Below, one piece after another: positions 12,762 through 26,037 of a DNA stretch of 64,000 nt. Location: contig JAWMAR010000210.1 of the NCBI GenBank assembly GCA_036785375.1, positions 1,426,001 through 1,490,000 on the forward strand. The letters run 5' to 3'. The number at the start of each line of letters is the position of its first letter. Within the stretch, counting starts at the first letter, position 1. The position numbers and the translations under genes were made by a program. The notes under the pieces are model-generated. The model was not told the DNA's origin. It did not search any database and saw only the letters and a program-made list of their open reading frames with translations. This DNA is from Leucoraja ocellata. Its lineage: Eukaryota.

Positions 12762-13066
12762 GCAGTGGTGGATGTGCTGCCTTACAGTGCTTGCAGCGCC
12801 AGAGACTCGGGTTCAATCCCGACTACGGGTGCTGTCTGTACGGAGTTTGTTCGTTCTCCCCGTTTCTACGTGGGCTTTCTCTGAGATCTTCGGTTTCATC
12901 CCACATTCTATAGACGTACTGGTTTGTAGATTAATTGACTTGGTATAAGTGTAAATTGTCCCTAGTGTGTGTAGGATAGTGTAAATATGCAGGGATCGCT
13001 GGTCGGTGAGAACTCTGTGTGCCGAAGGACTTGTTTCTGCACTGTATCTCTAAACTAAACAAAACT
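12762..13066 (+). mobile_element. HE1/V-SINE
   Basis: GGTTCAATCC box B, V-core, CTGTATCTCTAAACTAAA tail. Confidence 0.85.
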
Positions 13067-13499
13067 CAATTAAAGGTACACAAAAATGCTGGAGAAACTC
13101 AGCGGGTGCAGCAGCATCTATGGAGCGAAGGAAATAGGTGACGTTTCGGGCCAAAACCCTTCTTCAAACTAAATTAAATGCAGGATAAAAACTTAGGGAG
13201 GGAATTTCAAAAATTGGAGCTCGGGCAACTGAAGGCGTGGCTGCTAGTAGTCAAGTGATTGGTGCTGCAGATGTTCAAGTTGACTAGAATTATGGAAGCA
13301 CAGATATGGTGGAGCACTGTACAGTGCTGAGGGGAGAAAACATTTGAGGGATTTGAAAACTGGAACATTGTAAAATTGAGATGCAGCTCAGTTGGAGTTC
13401 ATGTGGGTCAATGAGCACAGTCATAGATGATCAGGATGTAATGCAGGACAGATAATTGGCACTGTTTTAGTTGACCTTAAGTTTACCACGGATAAAATG

Positions 13500-13790
13500 A
13501 AGAAGATAGACACAAAAAGCTGGAGTAACTCAGCGGGTCAGGCAACATCTCTGGAGAAAAGTAATCGGTGACATTTCAGGCTGAGACCCTTCTTCAGACT
13601 GAGTCAGGGGAAAGGGAAACGGGAGATAGAGACGGTGAAATAGAGAGATATAGAACAAATGAATGAAAGATATGCAAAACATAACGATGATCAAGGAAAG
13701 ATCGAGCACACCATGATCCATTGTTGGCTGTGGGCTAGGTATTAATGTGGGCTCCACATTTCCTTGATCATCGTTACTTTTTGTGTAATT
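13500..13790 (-). mobile_element. Penelope-like terminal repeat fragment (degenerate hammerhead)
   Basis: AAGATAGACACAAAAAGCTGGAGTAACTCAGCGGG...CCCTTCTTCAGACT family. Confidence 0.7.
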
Positions 13791-13820
13791 AACCACATTA
13801 CTTTTATGTCCATGTAATAA

Positions 13821-14000
<180 letters not shown>

Positions 14001-14694
14001 TAGGCATTCCTCTCTGCAATTATGCAAAAAGTTGTGTTGAAATTCAAGCTAGATCGCAAAACATTTTTTGTTAGTGCGATAGCTATAATGGAGAAAGAGG
14101 AAATCTGGGTTTAAATAAAATACAATTGTTACAATTGGATGACATGCTGCCAATGGAGGTGTTAGAATCAGATACAATTACTACATTTGAGACATTAGAA
14201 CAGACAATAAGAAAGGCATCGAAGGATATGGTCCTAATGCGGGCAAATGAGATTTGAGTCGAAGGATAAAAAGCTCAGCATATGTAGGAAAGACCTGCAG
14301 ATGCTCGTTTGAACAAAATTATTTCAAGCTCAACCAACCAAGATCTTATATCAGATTGTCATAAAAATAATTGTTCGTGACAAGAATTCCTTGATATTGA
14401 GATTTGAAAAGCTGAAATTAAAATAAATTGTACAAGAGAAAGGATAATGAAAATGAGAAATTAATGTCTTAATATGCTAAGTCACTGATTTACCCAATGC
14501 TCTAATATCCTTAATGACAGACTTTGAAATTTAATTGCAAAATATGTCATTTTTGTTTAAAACCATTGGTGAACAAGATGGACTCTAGGTGAAACTCTGC
14601 ACAAAGAGTTGGAATCAGACAAAATCAATGGGCATTGGCTTGATTGTTCAACATTGTGCAAGTTGCTACAAATGAGATGACACTGGATTTAATT

Positions 14695-14903
14695 AAAGAT
14701 AGACTCAAAATGCTGGAATAACTCAGCGGGACAGGCAGCATCTCTGGGGAGAAGGAATGGGTGACGTTTCAGGTCGAGACCCTTCTTCAGACAGAAGCGT
14801 CACTCATCCCTTCTCTCCAGAGAAGCTGCCTGTCCCGTTGAGTTACTCCAGCATTTTGTGTCTATCTTCGATTTAAACCAGGATCTGCAGTTCGGTCCTA
14901 CAC
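14695..14903. mobile_element. Fold-back of two inverted PLE terminal fragments
   Basis: 14697-14770 is the reverse complement of ~14797-14870. Confidence 0.8.
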
Positions 14904-14922
14904 ATACTGGATATAATTATGT

Positions 14923-15577
14923 TTAAGAAGGAACTGCAGATGCTGGAAAATCGAAGGTAGACAAAAATGCAGGAGAAACTCAGCGTGTGAGGCAGCATCT
15001 ATGGAGCGAAGGAAATAGGCAACGTTTCGGGCCAAACCCCTTCATCAGACTGATGTGAGGGTGGGGGGGGGGGGGGGGGGGCTGAGGGAGAGCTGAGATG
15101 GGGAGGAGAAAGTAAGGACTACCTGAAATTAGAGGTCAATGTTCATACCTCTGGGGTGCAAACTGCGTAGGCTTGGCGATTGCTTCGCCGAACACCTCCG
15201 CTCGGTTTGCAATAACCAACCTGATCTCCCGGTGGCTCAGCACTTCAACTCCCCCTCGCATTCCGAATCCGACCTTTCTGTCCTCGGCCTCTTCCATGGC
15301 CAGAGTGAGGACCACCGTAAATTGGAGGAGCAGCACCTCATATTTCGCTTGGGCAGTTTGCACACCAGCGGTATGAACATTGACCTCTAATTTCAGGTAA
15401 TCCTTACTTTCTCCTCCCCTTCTCAGCTCTCCCTCAGCCCACTCGCTCCACCTCTTCCTTTCTTCTTCCTGCCCCCCTCCCCCAACCCTCACATCAGTCT
15501 GAAGAAGGGTTTCGGCCCGAAACGTTGTCTATTTCCTTCGCTCCATAGACGCTGCCTCACAGGCGGAGTTTCTCCTG
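14923..15577 (+). mobile_element. Penelope-like element: GIY-YIG C-terminal fragment with an inverted copy of its 3' end upstream
   Basis: ORF 15139-15390 RRLGDCFAEH...PVAQHFNSPSH...RKLEEQHLIFRLGSLHTSGMN is the C-half of a PLE GIY-YIG endonuclease. 14925-15167 is an inverted copy of 15352-15577. Hammerhead cores at 15499-15526 (+) and 15021-15048 (-). Confidence 0.88.
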
Positions 15578-15942
15578 GATATAATGATGTTGGTTGCAAT
15601 ATATTGGAACAAGCTCATGACCAGGCAGGCCTAATTGTGACCAGAACTGGTAGGTGCGAATCACCAAGATAAATATCCAAAAAAAGCTAACAATAATAAT
15701 AAAAAAAGGTAGAAAAATAATCTCTGGTCGCTGGAAACGGGCCCACCTGCCATTATGTTTGCCAGAGACTGAGATTACCTTCACTGATCTCTGGCGTTTG
15801 TGGTCTCTTTCATCAGCCATTGATTTTCAGTATTGGCAAAGGTGTTTGACAAGCTGAAACATTTAAAACCTTCCTGAAGATCATAGATCTGATCACTGTC
15901 CTGTTCTATTTCCCTTGTTGGTACAAGCCCCCTTTGTCCAGC

Positions 15943-16314
15943 TGTAGCGTCTGGAAGAGGTCAGGAAAAGGCCAGACGTCAGGCAGGTTCAAACGGTATT
16001 TTTTAATGACACAGCGAGAACACACACACCCCCGAGAGGGACCTCGGGAAACCCTGTGGCAGACCAGCGCCCCTATCCCTCAATAGCCGAGGGGTATGAC
16101 CCAAGGAGTGGCCTAACCCTCAGAGACCGCCACAGGACCCCCCCAAGTACCCGAGGCATGAAGCGGCCCGGAGGGCGTATCCGACGGCCAGCCCGGGTGC
16201 ACACCTCCCCCTGGCACAGGAACAGGCAACTGACCAACAGGTGCAGGGGACGGAGTAGCCAGAGGAGGAGGTACCCTAGACGCAGAGCGCCCTCGCTTAC
16301 GGGGCCACGCTACA
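15943..16314 (-). mobile_element. Solo LTR (372 bp, probably Gypsy-type)
   Basis: TG...CA termini with an 8-bp inverted repeat TGTAGCGT/ACGCTACA; ATTAAA on the minus strand near 16001-16006; GC/CpG-rich. TSD is imperfect. Confidence 0.7.
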
Positions 16315-16799
16315 AGCACCGGCTGATCAATGTCAATATGCGCCGTCTTCAGCCGCGCAACCTAAACAGTCTCACACTGCCACAAAGCATTGCTTTACTG
16401 CAACTTGCCTGGTTTTATAGTCCAAACTGCTGATGATGCAAATAAAGGTGGACCAGCACATTCCGTGTTGCTTACACTGGAGATTCATGCAGATGTTAAA
16501 GTAAATGAGAACTGATTTAAAACCCGAGGACATAAATTACCACTCTAAATTAGAGAAATTATAATACAGTCTGAGAGCTCATCATAAGATAATTTGATAA
16601 AAACAATTTACAATGGCAAGAGACTCCATAATTTGGCATTAATGTACTTTCCGAAAGGATCAAAGAGAAAGCCTGGTCATATTCCATTTTGATGAAAAGC
16701 CCATGAAAATCCAGAAACATCTTTAAAGGCGAAATGGACATGTATATCTTGAAAAAATAATGAGAAGACTGGAATATTGGAGTCTGCTACATAGAGAGT

Positions 16800-16925
16800 C
16801 TATATCTCTTGTTTCCCTTATCCCTAACCTGAAGAAGGGTCTTGACTCGAAACGTCATCCATTCCTTCTCTCCAGAGATGCTGCCTGGCCCGCTGAGTTA
16901 CTCCAGCTTTTTGTATCTATCTTCG
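16800..16925 (+). mobile_element. PLE terminal fragment with sense-strand hammerhead core
   Basis: 16829-16856 reads CTGAAGA-A-GGGT-CTTG-ACTC-GAAA-CGTC. Confidence 0.78.
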
Positions 16926-17739
16926 GAATATTGGAGTGCTTACTTAGCAAACATATAATGGTGGCTTTTTTATTACCAGTAATATCCTTGTTTGTGTGGG
17001 CTTTGGCATATGCAGCCCTGGTTTTGTTGTTCTTGTATAGCGAGGTTAATGAAAACAAATATTTTGCTCCTGGTGTCTAAAAGTGGTTCAGTAAAAATGC
17101 TGCAATGATTCAAGAACTAGGCGTGACCACCAGAGGGCACCGTAACACTACTGTATTGTAATTGTTTTAAACTGAAGCAGATTCAGGGAGAGGCAGAACT
17201 ATTAAGCAAAATACTGCATCATATTCTGCAGCTTCCCTGATGCTTGTAATGGTTGCCTGAATAATTGTCTTCTTAAGAATCAAAAACAAATGCCTTTGCC
17301 TTTGGTAAAGTTATTTAAGACCAAAAATGTTGATTGGCTAGAATCCCATCCCAAATTGATACTACTATATATTTAGTGTTGCTGACTGGATTTCCAGGTT
17401 TTTAAGCATTAATTTAAAAAAAAGGAATTTTCTGTTGACGTTATCACTGATTATCATATCTTGTTATCATTAATGGTATTTTTTAGTTATTTGTGTAAGA
17501 AATTATTAATCACTTACAATTCTGGCCTTAATGTACATAAAATATTGTCTTAAGACATATTTGATTTTGCTCAAGGTGACTGATCCACCATCATCACACC
17601 TGCGTATAATTTCTTATTTACCTCACATTAACTCAAATATTTTATTGATGTGGAAGTCAGCAATGTTGTAAAACAGTTTATATTTTAAAGGAGGTTTTTA
17701 TCAGGGGACCACAAAAGGATATTCATTATGAGTATTGGT

Positions 17740-18430
17740 ATTGATTTATTATTGTCATGTGTACTAAGATACAGTGAAAAGCATTGTTTGCCTGTCATCC
17801 AGTCAAATCATACTATACATGAGTATCATCTAGCCATGCACAAGTAATACAGGGAATGCAAAGAGAAAAATACCAGAGTGCAGAATATAGTGTTACAGTG
17901 GTATAGCATTACAGTTACAAAGAAAGAATGCCAGGTGCACAGTGAGGTAGGTTGGAAGATCAGGAATGCACCCTAGCTTATGAGAGGACCATTTCACTAG
18001 TCTGATAACACTCGGGAAGAAGTTGTTCCTGAATCTGGTGGCACGCGTTTTGAGTCTTTAGTTTCATCTGTCTGATGGGAAAATGAAGAAGAGGGAATGA
18101 TCGGGTAAAAATGGTCCTTGATTTTGTTGGCTGCTTTCCTGAGACAGCATGAAGTGTTGATGGAGTCAATCTGAGGGTGGTTGGTCTGTGTGGTGGACAG
18201 GACTAAATTGATAATTCTCTGCAATTTCTTACTTGAGCAAAGCTATTGCCAAACCAAGCTGTGATCATCCTGATGGGATGTTTTCTGTGGTGCATCTGTA
18301 GAAGTTGGTAAGAGTCATTGGAGACATGCCAAACATCTTTAGTTTTCTTAGGAAGTAGAGGTGTTAGTGTGCTGTCTTGGCCGTAGCTTCAATATGAGCG
18401 CTGTAGGACAAATTGTCGGTGATGTTGACA
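17740..18430 (-). mobile_element. Degenerate Rex/Babar-type LINE 3' fragment
   Basis: TTTATTATTGTCA tail; decayed IDSINTSCCLRKAANKIKD peptide similar to 52450-53280. Confidence 0.7.
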
Positions 18431-18964
18431 ATATGATATGATGGAACTTTGTTTATCCAAGGAGGGAAATTGATCAAAACTTCCATGAGCTGTGGCTGAA
18501 TGGTGAATATGTTTCTGCACTCATAATCTGAAGGGTTAGACCACTGATGCAGAGAAGGTACTTTGAGAACTGGAATACTGTTGATATTAATAAAAGAGAT
18601 TGGTATCACTAAAGGGAGCAATGAAACTTTTCAGATTATTTTGAGAAAATAACTGCTGGACAATGAGGTGTGGCCTTGAAGAAACTTATTCACACTACCT
18701 GGCCTGGCCACATGTGGCTCCAGTCCTGCTCATTTTGGTTGACTTTAAAACTTCTTACTGGTGGCTCACCATCGTATTCTCAATGTGTGAGTTTGTTTAA
18801 GGCATAGACCCATGCCAGTATATTGTACAATGGAAGCAACAGACTATTGCACTAATGTGAATACCAATCTGTAAGTTGTTAATGTTCAAGTATCATATCT
18901 TGATATTAATTTCCACAAGGTAGGATTAATATGTTAGTGCAAGCAGCTATTCCTTGATGCAAAC

Positions 18965-19355
18965 CACTTTTGGGCTTGCCCCCTCCTACATTAAAAGTCT
19001 TCTCACCCACCACTCCACCTCCAGGTCCCTCAGATCGGCTGACTTGGGGCTGCTGAATATCCCGCAGTCTAGGCATAAGCTTAGGGGCGACCGCGCCTTT
19101 GCGGTTGCAGCTCCTAGACTGTGGAACAGCATCCCCCTTCCCATCAGAACTGCCCCCCTCCATCGACTCCTTTAAGTCAAGACTAAAAACTTATCTATAC
19201 TCCCAAGCCTTTCCTGACGTCCACTGAGCGAGGGCTATATGTGTATATGTATGTAGTTTGTTTGTTTATACTATTCTTATAACAAATGTAAAGCACTTTG
19301 GCCAACAAGAGTTGTTTTTTAAATGTGCTATATTAATAAATGTGACTTGACTTGA
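18965..19355 (+). mobile_element. L2 LINE 3' fragment
   Basis: GLAPSYI...RSLRS...GDRAFAVAAPRLWNSIP...FKSRLKTYL; TGTAAAGCACTTTG...AATAAA...(GACTT)n tail. Confidence 0.88.
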
Positions 19356-20270
19356 TTGCCCTGACACCGTCAAGTTCTTCGTACCAGCCACAAACTCAGA
19401 GCATGTTGTGACTTTGGTCACATTACCTTCATCACCCTGGTCTACAGCATCACAGGACTTCATGTTGCCTTGCGTGGATGTTACTGCACTGCTAGCTCCA
19501 AACTCGTTGCCATATTCTAACATTGGCCGAATAGTGTTCAGGAAACTCCGTCTGCAATCACTGCAATGTAATCCACAGCAAATCAGCTACTTGCCATTAT
19601 TCTTGAAGCTGCTGCCACCGGGCTATGGCCCGTCTCCAAAGTCAATGTAAGACCATCTACCTGCTTCCTCTTTCTTTTGATCAACATGCTCACCATTTTT
19701 AAAGTTAGCATGTAAGAACAGTCAAAATGGGTATCGTTCAATGTTTGTTACTGCTGTGATTTTATACAAAACTGAGTCTATTAATAGCCAGACAGAGCGT
19801 GCTGACAAATAATTCACTTATATGCTGCAAAACATCTGCTAAGTTCACATAATATGTGTTTATATTCTGGTTTGAGAGTGCTATTACTCAGTGATAAGTC
19901 TCATTTCCAGTTATGCACTGTTTTATGTTACCAGAATGGATCCTGTGGTTCCTTTACATCACAAAAACCTAATAGTTCATCATTGTTTTTGAAGGTGCCA
20001 TTATAATTTAACCATGAGCTTGATAGATAAAAGCCTGTATGAGGTGTCAAAACAAGACCCTTCAAAACATTTTTTACATGCATTTCAGTAATTTACGATA
20101 ATTTACAATGATAAAATGAACAAATTTGAATGAAGTGTTTTTAAAGGAGAGAAAGCTAGAATTACTTAGAGATAAAATCCTAGTTTATGGGCCATGCAAT
20201 TGGAAGCACAGCTGTGTTAGAAGTGCAACCTGGTGCCTTTGGAGCCAGTACGACTTTTGTTGGTCTCTGA

Positions 20271-20787
20271 GGGGCTGTCCCACTGCGGCGACTTAATCCT
20301 GCGAATTCAGAAGAGTTTGACTTCGACTCGTACACGCAGCATGGTCGACACGAGGTCCGAGGAGGTCTTTGTAACTCTCCTTCATGCTTAAGTGTAGTCC
20401 CCGCGTACTCGAGGCCTCAGCTAGAATGCGGCGTATTTTTCAACACGCTGAAAAATGCCCGCGAGTAAAAAAAGGTCGTCATGGAAAAAAAAAAAATTCT
20501 TTACTCGTAGGTTTAATTGTAGTAGGTCGGCATGTTAGTTGTAGGTAATCGAGGGTAGTCAAAGGTAGTCGAAGATAGTCGGAGATAGTCTTCAACATAG
20601 TCGAAGGGAGGTCGAAGCAGATCGAAGGAGGTCGTCTTCACTCTCCACTATTTGGTGTCCAATTTTCCCAAAGCTAATCGAAGCTGGTCTTCCACATAGT
20701 CGAAGAAGGTCTTCAACATGACACTTTTTCAAACTCTCCAAAACTCTTCTAAACTCGACAATTAGGTCGCCGCAGTGGGACAGCCCC
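20271..20787. mobile_element. Harbinger-like MITE
   Basis: TIRs GGGGCTGTCCCACTGCGGCGAC / GTCGCCGCAGTGGGACAGCCCC; flanks TGA/TTA; internal TAGTCGAAG repeats. Lies ~100 bp upstream of the exon at 20889. Confidence 0.85.
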
Positions 20788-20856
20788 TTAAGCTAGCTCA
20801 GATGCGTGATGAGCATTTTTACAAAGCAGAACATAACTGTGACTTTTACTTTTTAA

Positions 20857-20988
<132 letters not shown>

Positions 20989-21484
20989 TAAGTATTTTTG
21001 CTATGAGGAGGAAATGTTAATTGGTGTAAGTATTACAAAATGTTATTCAATACTATTATTTTTCATTGTCCCGCACACATCAACTGTCATAAAGTTGTAC
21101 CTTCAGGTATCTACCTATTGCAAGAATTGATTTTTTTTTGTAATCTTTGTAATATATTTCCATATAACAAAGTAAATGTTGATGTTACAATTATCACTGA
21201 GTGAAGTCTGTCACATTTTTATTGATTTTATTATGGTAAATTTATCCACTTCCAGCTATAATATCAAATAAAGAATATTATAGCCACAAAGATCCTGATA
21301 GAATGAGTCTGACAGAGACCAGGAAGGAAAATTTGATTTTGAACAGACCAGCCTTTGCTACCTCATTTGCCACCTTTTGAATACATTCCACTTCTGATGA
21401 GACCAAACTCTGATACCTTCTTCTCCATCTTCTGAACACATTCCACATCCTGAGCAGACCAAACTGGTGCCTCATTCTCCACTA

Positions 21485-21645
21485 AGACACAAAAAGCTGG
21501 CGTAACTCAGCGGGACAGGCAGCATTTCTGGAGAGAAGGATGGGTGAAGTTTCGGGTCGAAACCCTTCTTCAGGGTCTAAAAGCGAGAGTGGATGTTGTA
21601 GAACTCTTTGGTTTAAACCAGCATCTGTTGTTCCTTCCTACACAC
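21485..21645 (-). mobile_element. PLE terminal fragment with hammerhead-like core
   Basis: Reverse complement of 21546-21573 is CTGAAGA-A-GGGT-TTCG-ACCC-GAAA-CTTC. Confidence 0.72.
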
Positions 21646-21901
21646 CTCATTCCCCACCTCATGTACCTTCTTGCCAGGGCTTTCAAGACTTAAATTAACT
21701 GCTGCACACCTTTAAAACTGACACCTAGGTTTAGCAAATTAATTAATCAGACAAGTTCATTACTTGATATTTTTCCTACATAATTTCACAAGACTGTGAT
21801 TTAGTTCTTGTGTACATATATATGTCTTCAGAAATCTTGAAAAAGAGTCATGATATTCTGTCATAACATTCTGGCCCTCCTGTGAGCTACTGTTTCCCCC
21901 A

Positions 21902-22058
21902 GTTAGATATAGCTCTTTGGGCTAACGGAATCAAGGGATATGGGGAGAAAGCAGGAACGGCGTACTGATTTTGGATGATCAGCCATGATCATAAATGAAT
22001 GGCGGTGCTGCTCGAAGAACCGAATGGCCTACTCCTGCACCTATTTTCTATGTTTCTA
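21902..22058 (+). mobile_element. CR1 3' tail
   Basis: GATCAGCCATGATC...GAATGGCCTACTCCTGCACC...CTATGTTTCTA. Confidence 0.85.
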
Positions 22059-22274
22059 CCTCTTCAAAACTGACCATGTTTTCTCCCAAGTCCTATCACC
22101 AAACCTGGGTTGAATTGTTTATTAATGGGAGACCTGGCAGAGGAAGGACATTTGATTGTGTTTCCCTGTGCCGATTCTAGCACTTATATGTTTTGGGTCA
22201 CATGATCAAAAACAATGCTGCTGATTAAACTGGCAAGGATGAATTTCTTAGGCCCACATCTATCATCACAGTGT

Positions 22275-22470
22275 GTTGGATGGAGCTGCAGATGCTGATT
22301 TACGAAGACAGACAAAATGCTGGAGTAATTCAGCAGGTCAGGCAGCATCTCTGGAGAAAATAAATAGGTGGGGTTGTTTCTGGTTGAAAAAATGTCTCGA
22401 CCTGAAATGTCACCTGTTCCTTTTCTCCGGGGATGTTGCCTGACTTCACTCAAGCCATTTTGTGTCTATC
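22275..22470. mobile_element. Degenerate fold-back PLE fragments
   Basis: GCTGGAGTAATTCAGCAGGTCAGGCAGCATCTCTGGAG followed by its decayed inverse. Confidence 0.65.
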
Positions 22471-22979
22471 ATCACTCTAGCCATTTACTCTAGCCATTTT
22501 GTGCCTATCTTCAAAATGGTTTGCATTAGAAACAAGAGGAGAATTATTCAAAAGCCTTGAATTGCCTGGAGGCATGTCAATGATTGCATTCCTTCTAAAT
22601 GTTCACCACTGGCAAGTTACAGACATCAAATTATGTTGCAGATCATTGGGTAGCTTCTTTACAATTCAGTGTTGGATTTAGTTCAGCAACATCTCATTTG
22701 GTTCTGCTGGTTCATGGGATAAAGACTGCAAAATAGTTTCAGTGTTGATCATTATTTTTGCCTCGTTTTTCACAAGCCAATTACTAGGAGTTAACCCGGA
22801 GAATCAGCATTTTTGCTAGATCTACGATCTTGTGAATTGGATGGTTCCTTTTAGCTAAATGAGTTACATTTGGTCCTTTTTAGGGGCGAGATATTTTCCA
22901 GAAAATAAAATGTCTAATTTTTTTTTTAATATTAACATTTTGGTTTATCATTAAGGAACCAAGATAATACAACAGTCAT

Positions 22980-23425
22980 CAGTCATACAGGATTAAAACA
23001 GGCTGTTCGGCCAAACTCTTCCATACCAACCAAGATTCTGCATCCAAGCTAGTCCCTTTTGCCTAAATTTGTCTAAGTGTCTTTTAAATGTTGTAACTGT
23101 ACCAACATCAACTTCCTCTGCTGGTGTCACATTCCATATACCCACTATCCTCTGAATGAAAAGTTGCCTTTCAGCTTCCTATTAAATCTCTCCCCTCTTG
23201 CCTTAAACTTATGTCCTCTGGTTCTTGATTCCCCTACCCTGGGTAAAAGACTCTGTGCATTCACCCTATCCATTCCCCTCATAATTGCATACACCACTAT
23301 TAGAGCACACATTAGCCACCTATACGGAATAAAGTCCAAGCCTGTCTAATCTCTCCTGACAATAACTCAGGTCATTCTCATCTAAATCATTGATATAAAC
23401 CACAAACAGCAATGGACCCAACACC
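22980..23425 (-). mobile_element. Older CR1 family fragment
   Basis: MRGMDRVNAQSLLPRVGESRTRGHKFKARG and VLGPLLFVVYINDLD on the minus strand. Confidence 0.8.
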
Positions 23426-23924
23426 ATTCTTCTTCTTCTTCTATATAGTGTTTTTTGGCGGTTGGCAAACAACTTTTTTGGTGCATTACCGCCACCAACT
23501 GGCATGGAGTGTGGATCAAACAACACCATTACATATTCTAATATCCTATATCCTTCCGAACAAATTGGTTACCCTAAGAAAAAGCAACAGGATTTGATAG
23601 CACTTATTTGAACTCCCTTGCAAAATATCTACCAAATCAAATTGTACTCCATCTTTACTGAACTGCTCACTCATCCGTTCTCTCTCCTCCTCACAAAACC
23701 CAACACCATTCCTCAGGCGCATCACTATTGAAGCCCCCCAGTTTGAAAAACTGGAGGGTGTGGGGGTTGATAGGCAGATGGTTGACAAAGGCATTTCTCT
23801 GTGATTGGGACTAATGAGGTGATAATAACCAACTGGATTGGATTGGATTGGATTTGCTTCCTGTGGGCAGGACATAGCAGACATTCTTCTGCAGGTGGAG
23901 ACTTGCAGATTCTTGATTAGTAAA

Positions 23925-24552
23925 GGGCCTGTCCCTCTTAGGCGATTTTTTTCAGCGACTGCTGGCGACTGTCACAGTTGTAGCAGGTCGCCGAAAAGGT
24001 GTCGACTGGACCCCTCCCCTACGACAATGTCTACGACAACCTACCACCTAGTCGACGTCAAGCTACAGCAAGCTACCGACAACCGGCGACTCAATCATCG
24101 CGACTTAGGACGTCCACCTACGACCACACAGGCGACAACCAAAGTCAACCTACGTCCACCCACAACAAGCTACAACAAGCAACGACCCTGTCGGCGACAA
24201 CTGAAGACATATCTGAACTGAAGCAGGTTGGCGTAAGTTGACGTAGGTGGTCGCCAATGGAATTCACCGAAGTCAGCACCCGGCGCCAACCAACGTCACC
24301 TGGTGACAACCTGCGTCATCCTGGCGACAACCTCCGACAGCATCTACTTCAGGAGAAGACAAGCTACGTCAAGCCCACAGTCGCCAAAATGTTTTGAACA
24401 TTTCAAAATCCAGCGGCGACCAGAAAAATGTTGCAACCCTTTAACCGACTTAAAGAGACTACTCACGACCATACAGGCATCACCCCGTGACCATATGAAA
24501 ACAGCCTAGTCACCTATAGATGCTGCAAAAATCACCTAAGTGGGACAGGGGG
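23925..24552. mobile_element. Harbinger-like MITE inserted in a CR1 tail
   Basis: GGGCCTGTCCCTCTTAGGCGATTTTT / AAAATCACCTAAGTGGGACAGG; internal CGACAAC(C) repeats. Confidence 0.8.
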
Positions 24553-26037
24553 GTTAAGGGGAGAAAGCAGGAGAATGGGGTTGAGAGGGAAAGATAGATC
24601 AGTCATGATTGAATGGTGGAGTAGACTTGATGGGCTGCATGGTCTAATTCTTCTCCTAGAACTTGTGATCTTATGAATTTATATCAGGGCAACATTCCAT
24701 TTCCACGTTGCCATGCAGTACAATGGAGTCACCGTTTTGTTAGTGTCATAGAAAATTGGTGACTCTTTGTTCTACATGACCACAGTTGCATTGAATTGGC
24801 TGAAGACCGACTAGTGATGCTGAGGTATATATCGTCCATGCATACTTTTGGCTGAAGATGTCTAAGTGTTTGGGTTAAAGAACGATTTGGCAGAGTTATT
24901 CCAAATAATGAAGGATTCTAATGGAATAAATAAGGAAAAAACTATTCTGGTGGCAGAGGATATACATTTTGGATAATAGACAAAAGAAGCAGAAACTGAG
25001 GAAAAAAATATTTTCAAGTAAATAATGTCTAAAGTGGACTCTACCATCCTACCAGGAAGGTGATGGAAGGAGCTTCACAAGGGAAATTGAAAAATGCTGA
25101 AGTACAAATACATTTTTGAATTCGGCAGTGTGCTTAATTTTAACCTTCCATGAAAGGCAAATTTTACAAGTAAACATAATTGGCACATTAAATTTAACAT
25201 GTTCAATGTTGGTCAAATGAAATAAAAGGAGATATTGAGATGCATGAGTAATGAAAGATGTTGCTTTGATAATATATTTTTAATTGGGTTGAACTATGGA
25301 TTTTTGCAACCTTTGATCATTGCAGAAATGCCTAAGGCTAGGATCAATTGCAATTCTATTAACAATTAAATCCATTATTAATTTCTCCTGGTGGACAAGA
25401 TATCTAAATTATTACATATAATATTCTTGCTTCTTAATAAAGAAGATTATGGATTCAAACCGCAGCTCAGTAATGTGAGCACTTTATCTAAAGTGGTACT
25501 CAAGTATAATCCTGAAGGAATGTTTTACTTTCAGATTTGCTATCCAAATATGATTTTAATATTGATCCTATGTTTTTTTCAAACATGGAGACTATTGGGG
25601 AGAGAGTAGAGGAGTTATTTTATATTTAAAAAATATTTAAATTGGTCAAAGGTTTGCAATGACTAGTGATTGCAAAATACATGATGTGAATCAGGCTTGT
25701 TTTCTTGTGGTGACATCCATTTCCAAAATCAATCAAGCAATTTCTTTCTTTCATCTAGCCTGTCAGTTCTCTAATTTACCCAGTTGGCTGCACAGTTATC
25801 GAATTACAGGAGCTGACGAATTTAGTTTGAAATTAAATAAATTGAACAAGCTCCTACAAGGCTCTATTTGCACATCTTACAAATGTTTGCGGAAGAGACC
25901 GATGTATAATATAGTCTTAGCATATTAATGCAATGGTCATTTTCATAAGACGTAAGAGCAGGAGTAACCCATCGAGCCTGCTTTTCTAAAAGATGGCTGA
26001 ACCTTATGAAGCTATATCTTGCAAATCTTGTGATCCT

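Noticed and set aside
15062-15082. Long poly-G runs (also ~34868, ~50909, ~61662) as functional elements
   Set aside because: They lie within TE copies, and homopolymer lengths are unreliable in assemblies.
23990-24370. CRISPR-like or coding repeat in the CGACAAC-rich stretch (also 20520-20720)
   Set aside because: The context is eukaryotic and the motifs are short and irregular, with no repeat-spacer periodicity. They lie inside TIR-bounded MITEs.
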